From Promethearchaeia archaeon (GTDB lineage Archaea > Asgardarchaeota > Lokiarchaeia > Sigyniarchaeales > SOKP01), in the NCBI GenBank assembly GCA_029856145.1, contig JAHQWK010000001.1, positions 512,001-576,000 of the forward strand: DNA of 64,000 nucleotides, read 5' to 3'. This document shows positions 59,844 to 64,000 of the stretch, in pieces; the first letter of the stretch is position 1, and the number at the start of each line of letters is the position of its first letter. The position numbers were made by a program, and so were the translations under genes. The notes under the pieces were generated by a model. It searched no databases. It saw nothing but the letters and a program-made list of their open reading frames with translations, and was not told the origin of the DNA.

Positions 59844-60821
59844 TCATTTTCTTAATTCATCTAACATTTCTTCAACTTCCTGATATAACTCTGGATAAAG
59901 TTTAGCAAATATACGATACCAATCTTTCCCAATCATTCCACCACCATAAAAACAAAGAATACAACCTATTAGAACAATTTCCTCATGATTCAAATTGAAT
60001 ATTACCATGGATAGAAAATCTGTTCCATGAATTATCATACTTACAGCAAAACTATTTAATAATATTCCAATATGATAAATTGGAACTCTTGGTGAACTAA
60101 AAAATTTAATAGAATCGGGGGTCATTTGATCAAATACAGTTGTCCCCATACTATTTTCTTTAACCTCTCTTTTTTCTATAAATTTAAACTGTAAAACATC
60201 CCTCAAATCTCTGAAAACTAGAAAACTTCCACTAAACAAAAACAATAAAAGCAAAATTGTATCTACTGCTAAATAGATTCTTAACTGGTTCTTCATTACC
60301 TCGTGTTGAATTAATAAAAGACGGATTACCCATAAAAAAAAGGCAAATATAACAAATAAAATGCCTACAAATCCTTCATGAATGCGATATTTCTGAAGAA
60401 ATCTTCTTTTTTTACTATGATTCGAGTTATTTTTAATAAATTTAATAAAGTTTAGAGTTAAGCCAGGAGATAATATAGAAATGCACAAGATAACTATTAA
60501 ATCTCTTATAATAGAACAATCTAAAAAATTTGGCTCAATTTTAAACAACTCTAAAAAATAAAGAAAAATCCATGAAGGAGTTCCAGAAGCAATCATAGAA
60601 ATAAAAAAAATATTGAAAATCTTAAAAGAAACTAAATATAAGAGTAAATAAAAAGTCACTGTGAAATATATGATTGTAACCATCCAAACTATACTTAGTT
60701 TACTCTCATTCCATTCATACAGTATACTGGAATTAATGAAGTAGTTGATTACTATAATACTAAATATAAATAAACACAAAATAATTGCTGCTTTAATAAA
60801 TATTAAATACTTTCTCATCAA
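59844..60821 (-). CDS. Hypothetical polytopic membrane protein
   Basis: About 8 TM; IHEGFVG and GG.IG.DW motifs. Confidence 0.7.
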   Translation of the reverse strand: MMRKYLIFIKAAIILCLFIFSIIVINYFINSSILYEWNESKLSIVWMVTIIYFTVTFYLLLYLVSFKIFNIFFISMIASGTPSWIFLYFLELFKIEPNFLDCSIIRDLIVILCISILSPGLTLNFIKFIKNNSNHSKKRRFLQKYRIHEGFVGILFVIFAFFLWVIRLLLIQHEVMKNQLRIYLAVDTILLLLFLFSGSFLVFRDLRDVLQFKFIEKREVKENSMGTTVFDQMTPDSIKFFSSPRVPIYHIGILLNSFAVSMIIHGTDFLSMVIFNLNHEEIVLIGCILCFYGGGMIGKDWYRIFAKLYPELYQEVEEMLDELRK

Positions 60822-60850
60822 ATCGCTTCAAAAATCGATAAATAAGATAT

Positions 60851-61597
60851 TTACTCTTTATCAAATAATAATTTTGCATCTGTAATAATAAACGATGTTT
60901 TTATTATTACTTGATATTTTTTAGATTCCAAAAAAGTTTTTAATTCGGTTCCAATTTGATTTAATTTAGCTTTATCTTCCTCATTTAGAACCGAATAAAT
61001 GATAGCAGAAAGGGCAGATGGTAATTCTTCTAATATTGAATCACTAGGGGGAACTATAGATATGTAATCAGCACCGGCTAATTGTGCAATTTTTTTTATT
61101 TCTTCTTCCAAAGAGCCAAATGTAAAATACTGCTTGCTTTTGGATAAAAATTTTTCTGATATTATTTTCTCTAAATTTGCACGTGAAGTTGGGTCATAAA
61201 AAGCAGTTAATTCTTGAGAACAAATAGTTTTGTATTTTCCATTTATTAAAATATCCTTATCTTCTATGAACTCAATTAACTTTTTATAATAATCAGGATC
61301 AATCTTTTGAAAGTTTTCAATATTTCTAACTAAATCTGTCAACTTATCGATTAAATCATAATAAAATTTTAAGGTGGATTTAATTACTAATTTATCTTTC
61401 ATTTCTTTTATTTCAAGATAATACTTCTTAAGAATAAGGTTTACATTATGATTAAATTTAGCGCATAACTTAGCTATCTCATTTATATTTTTTACAGATT
61501 TCTTGCTTAATTGATTTAGTAAGGAATTGTCTAAGGTTGATAAACTTTCAAATATCTCGTTAATCTTATTGTAATACTTTTTCTCTATATAACTCAT
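60851..61597 (-). CDS. Hypothetical protein (helical N-terminus, small alpha/beta C-terminus)
   Basis: 248-aa ORF with ATG start, co-oriented with its neighbours. Confidence 0.7.
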   Translation of the reverse strand: MSYIEKKYYNKINEIFESLSTLDNSLLNQLSKKSVKNINEIAKLCAKFNHNVNLILKKYYLEIKEMKDKLVIKSTLKFYYDLIDKLTDLVRNIENFQKIDPDYYKKLIEFIEDKDILINGKYKTICSQELTAFYDPTSRANLEKIISEKFLSKSKQYFTFGSLEEEIKKIAQLAGADYISIVPPSDSILEELPSALSAIIYSVLNEEDKAKLNQIGTELKTFLESKKYQVIIKTSFIITDAKLLFDKE

Positions 61598-61714
61598 ACC
61601 CTTATAAAAAAAATAAAAATCTACCTATATAATGTTATTTTTTCCAAAATCTCTAAGAAAATACCTGCTAAAGGCAGAAAATTAGTAAAGGCGTTAAATT
61701 TTTTACTTTAATAT

Positions 61715-62920
61715 TTAAAGAAAGAATATTTCTACGGCTTTCATAACAGCTCCACTTATCATTGGAACAGAAAAGTTATCATTTATCCCAATTGGTAATA
61801 ATTCGATCAACGGAGCAGCAATTCCCCCCGATATAAGCATTATTAGAGGTATATCTAACGATGTATAAAGAATATATCCTAGAATAATAACAGAACCAAT
61901 ATAGGCTAGAGTACCTTCAAGAGATTTTTCAAATATCTTGTGGCGCCCATAAGCTAATCCAAATATTTTAGCAAACATATCACCAAAGACAAGAAAAGTT
62001 AAAGCAGTTATTGCAATCTCAATAGGAATAAAAAAAAGTACTGTTAAAAACGTAGATATTAAAAAAATAGTCATTGTTGAGAATCTTTTCTCTTCACCTT
62101 TTCTAAAAATCGCTTTAATTTTTTCTGTTAACAATATATTGGTTCGCTTATGAAGAAATCGAAAGATATCAAGAGCAACAAAACATAAACACACAATTCC
62201 TATAACAGAAAGGCCAAGTTGATAATCAATAAAAACAAATATAAGAAATAACAACGATACGGGTCTTATAGCTACTCTCCACCAACTTGAGAGAAAAGCT
62301 TCATCTGTAATCACTAATTTTTTCTCTGTAATTACTTTATACATTCCAATAGATGCAATATGAACAAGAATTAATACAAAAAAGAGATTAAATCCGCTTG
62401 TAGGATAGATTATAAATACAGAATAACCAAGTAAAGGAAATAAAATCACTGGTAAAAGCGTCCCTGCTTTAGATATATAAGTAAATATTATTACGAGTAT
62501 AAGTAATAAAAGTAAAACATAAAATAATTCAAAACTGGTGGTAAGATAGTTTACAAGGTAAAAAAGGAGTAATCCAGTGGCAGTAGCATTCCCTTGACCC
62601 CCCCGAAATTTTAAATAAAATGGAAAAACATGGCCAACTATAGCCATTAATCCACTAATTTGCCAAAAAATAGGATTAACTCCTAAGCTAAACGCGACCA
62701 TCATTGCTAATAAACCTTTTAAAGTGTCATATAAAGCCGTTAGAATAGCATAAGGAAGACCTAAAACTTTAAATGCATTCGTAGTTCCTGGGTTCTTTGT
62801 TCCCTCTTCTCTTACATCAATCCCTTTTAATTTACCAAAAAGAAACGCTGGTAATATTGCCCCTAAAAGGTAACCAATTATTACACTCAAAATGCTTAAA
62901 AATAACTCAACTATTTCCAT
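61715..62920 (-). CDS. plsY: PlsY glycerol-3-phosphate acyltransferase fused to a CTP-dependent lipid kinase domain
   Basis: GYLLG, DVREEGTKNPGTTN..., D.LKG, GHVFP...F.GG.G.AT; then GD..A...G..YG, KSLEG, DNFSVP. Confidence 0.88.
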   Translation of the reverse strand: MEIVELFLSILSVIIGYLLGAILPAFLFGKLKGIDVREEGTKNPGTTNAFKVLGLPYAILTALYDTLKGLLAMMVAFSLGVNPIFWQISGLMAIVGHVFPFYLKFRGGQGNATATGLLLFYLVNYLTTSFELFYVLLLLLILVIIFTYISKAGTLLPVILFPLLGYSVFIIYPTSGFNLFFVLILVHIASIGMYKVITEKKLVITDEAFLSSWWRVAIRPVSLLFLIFVFIDYQLGLSVIGIVCLCFVALDIFRFLHKRTNILLTEKIKAIFRKGEEKRFSTMTIFLISTFLTVLFFIPIEIAITALTFLVFGDMFAKIFGLAYGRHKIFEKSLEGTLAYIGSVIILGYILYTSLDIPLIMLISGGIAAPLIELLPIGINDNFSVPMISGAVMKAVEIFFL

Positions 62921-63098
62921 TTTATATCACTATTATTTCTATTATTACTTGAAATTATGAATATAAATACTTTTTTGTATAATATATTAATTCATTCTCA
63001 AAATAGAATATAGATTAAGTAAGTGGAATATTGAGATAAAAATTAAAAAAAATTAATAAAAAAAAATTAATTCCCTTGCTCGGAATTGTGAAATCTTT

Positions 63099-64000
63099 TT
63101 ACTGTAGCTTATTTTTTATTTGTTTGGAGCGGCTCCTCAACGTTACTTCCGTGACTTTTGCGATTTCTGATACTTCTGCCTGTGTTTTCCGAAGATTTCC
63201 CGCTTTTGCGGCCATATAAATTACACTTGCGGCTAATCCTTTTGGATCTTTACCAGTTCGTAATAATCCATTTTTTGAAGCTTTGACAAGCATATTGATT
63301 GCTTTTTTCTGTGTTTCCATTGGTAAACCAAGGTCGTTCCCGAATCGATATACCAATTGCTCCGCAGTTATTGGTCGATACTTAAGTCCTAAAAGAGGTA
63401 ACACTTCCTTTACGACCATACCCAAAGAGCGGTGTACAGTCCTTCTTGGTGTCATAGAAGCTTCACAGACTTCTTCTAATAATCGTGGAAATTCATGTAC
63501 TCTTATTGCAGCATATAATGATGCCGCAATGAATCCATCAATGGATCTGCCCATTGTGAGCTTCTTCTTTGCCACAACACTATAAATCTTCCATGCTGTT
63601 TCTTTAATATAATCCGGGATATTCATTTTGCTAGAAAGCATTTTGAGTTTGGGTTTAGCCTCCCAAAAATTGCGTTCGATGCTTGAAATCAATGAATTTT
63701 GAATTTTTGATAATCTTGAGAATAAAGTTTTCCCTCTAGCATTTATTAATCTTCCCTTTGAATCGACTTTAGATGCAGGAAGCATAGTTCTTGGTCCAAA
63801 TTCCCTCCAACGAGGCTCAGTTCGCCTTCTTTTATTTACTTCTTCAATGGTGTAAGCTCGTCGTTCATTTCCTACTAAATTGCGTTCAATAACCAATCCA
63901 CAATTTAAACATACATTATCTCCATCTCGAGATTCAATACAAGGATTATTACAACATTGAGTATCTGAATTACAGTTAAGTTCACTCTCTGAACTAGTTT
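63099..64000 (-). CDS. tfb: Transcription initiation factor IIB (5'-partial)
   Basis: Two cyclin repeats (GRS....AASLY.A.R, GKDP.GLAA, TQ.EV...A.VTEVT.R); the frame stays open to the window end through the Zn ribbon CC.NP....VCLNCGLV. Confidence 0.93.
   Translation of the reverse strand, partial: TSSESELNCNSDTQCCNNPCIESRDGDNVCLNCGLVIERNLVGNERRAYTIEEVNKRRRTEPRWREFGPRTMLPASKVDSKGRLINARGKTLFSRLSKIQNSLISSIERNFWEAKPKLKMLSSKMNIPDYIKETAWKIYSVVAKKKLTMGRSIDGFIAASLYAAIRVHEFPRLLEEVCEASMTPRRTVHRSLGMVVKEVLPLLGLKYRPITAEQLVYRFGNDLGLPMETQKKAINMLVKASKNGLLRTGKDPKGLAASVIYMAAKAGNLRKTQAEVSEIAKVTEVTLRSRSKQIKNKLQ

Noticed and set aside
733-63585. Many short ORFs antisense to or nested in long genes (e.g. 733-918, 3160-3363, 6118-6321, 12155-12499, 23630-24133, 43429-43641, 49588-49899, 63283-63585)
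   Set aside because: They overlap well-supported genes and have no motifs; typical shadow ORFs
1-64000. CRISPR array, rRNA, tRNA, IS transposase
   Set aside because: No regularly spaced repeats, no long GC-rich structural RNA and no transposase motifs were seen

Overview
Very AT-rich, gene-dense archaeal chromosomal segment. It is most consistent with an Asgard archaeon (Lokiarchaeia-like): archaeal information genes (rpoE1-spt4-DPCK-rps24e-rps27ae-kae1-bud32, rpl7ae-rps28e, rps6e-rpl24e, rpoN, proS, tfb) sit among eukaryote-signature proteins (a Rab-like GTPase, 2-3 roadblock proteins, 2 gelsolin-domain proteins, a HEAT-repeat protein) plus a PlsY fusion and Fae-Hps. I saw no rRNA, tRNA, CRISPR array or intact transposase. 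Best leads: (1) a gene pair at 45.0-47.0 kb in which a surface protein ending in a GAIN/GPS-like juxtamembrane motif shares its ectodomain with the neighbouring membrane-tethered double-wHTH regulator; (2) tandem polytopic membrane proteins with adaptin/COP/BBSome-like appendage domains; (3) tandem claudin/PMP22-like tetraspan proteins with a duplicated promoter; (4) an unannotated 44-aa acidic Sem1/DSS1-like microprotein; (5) rpl7ae with a probable ATT start and a predicted double K-turn over its ribosome-binding site. All family assignments come from recognising motifs by eye; no database searches were run.
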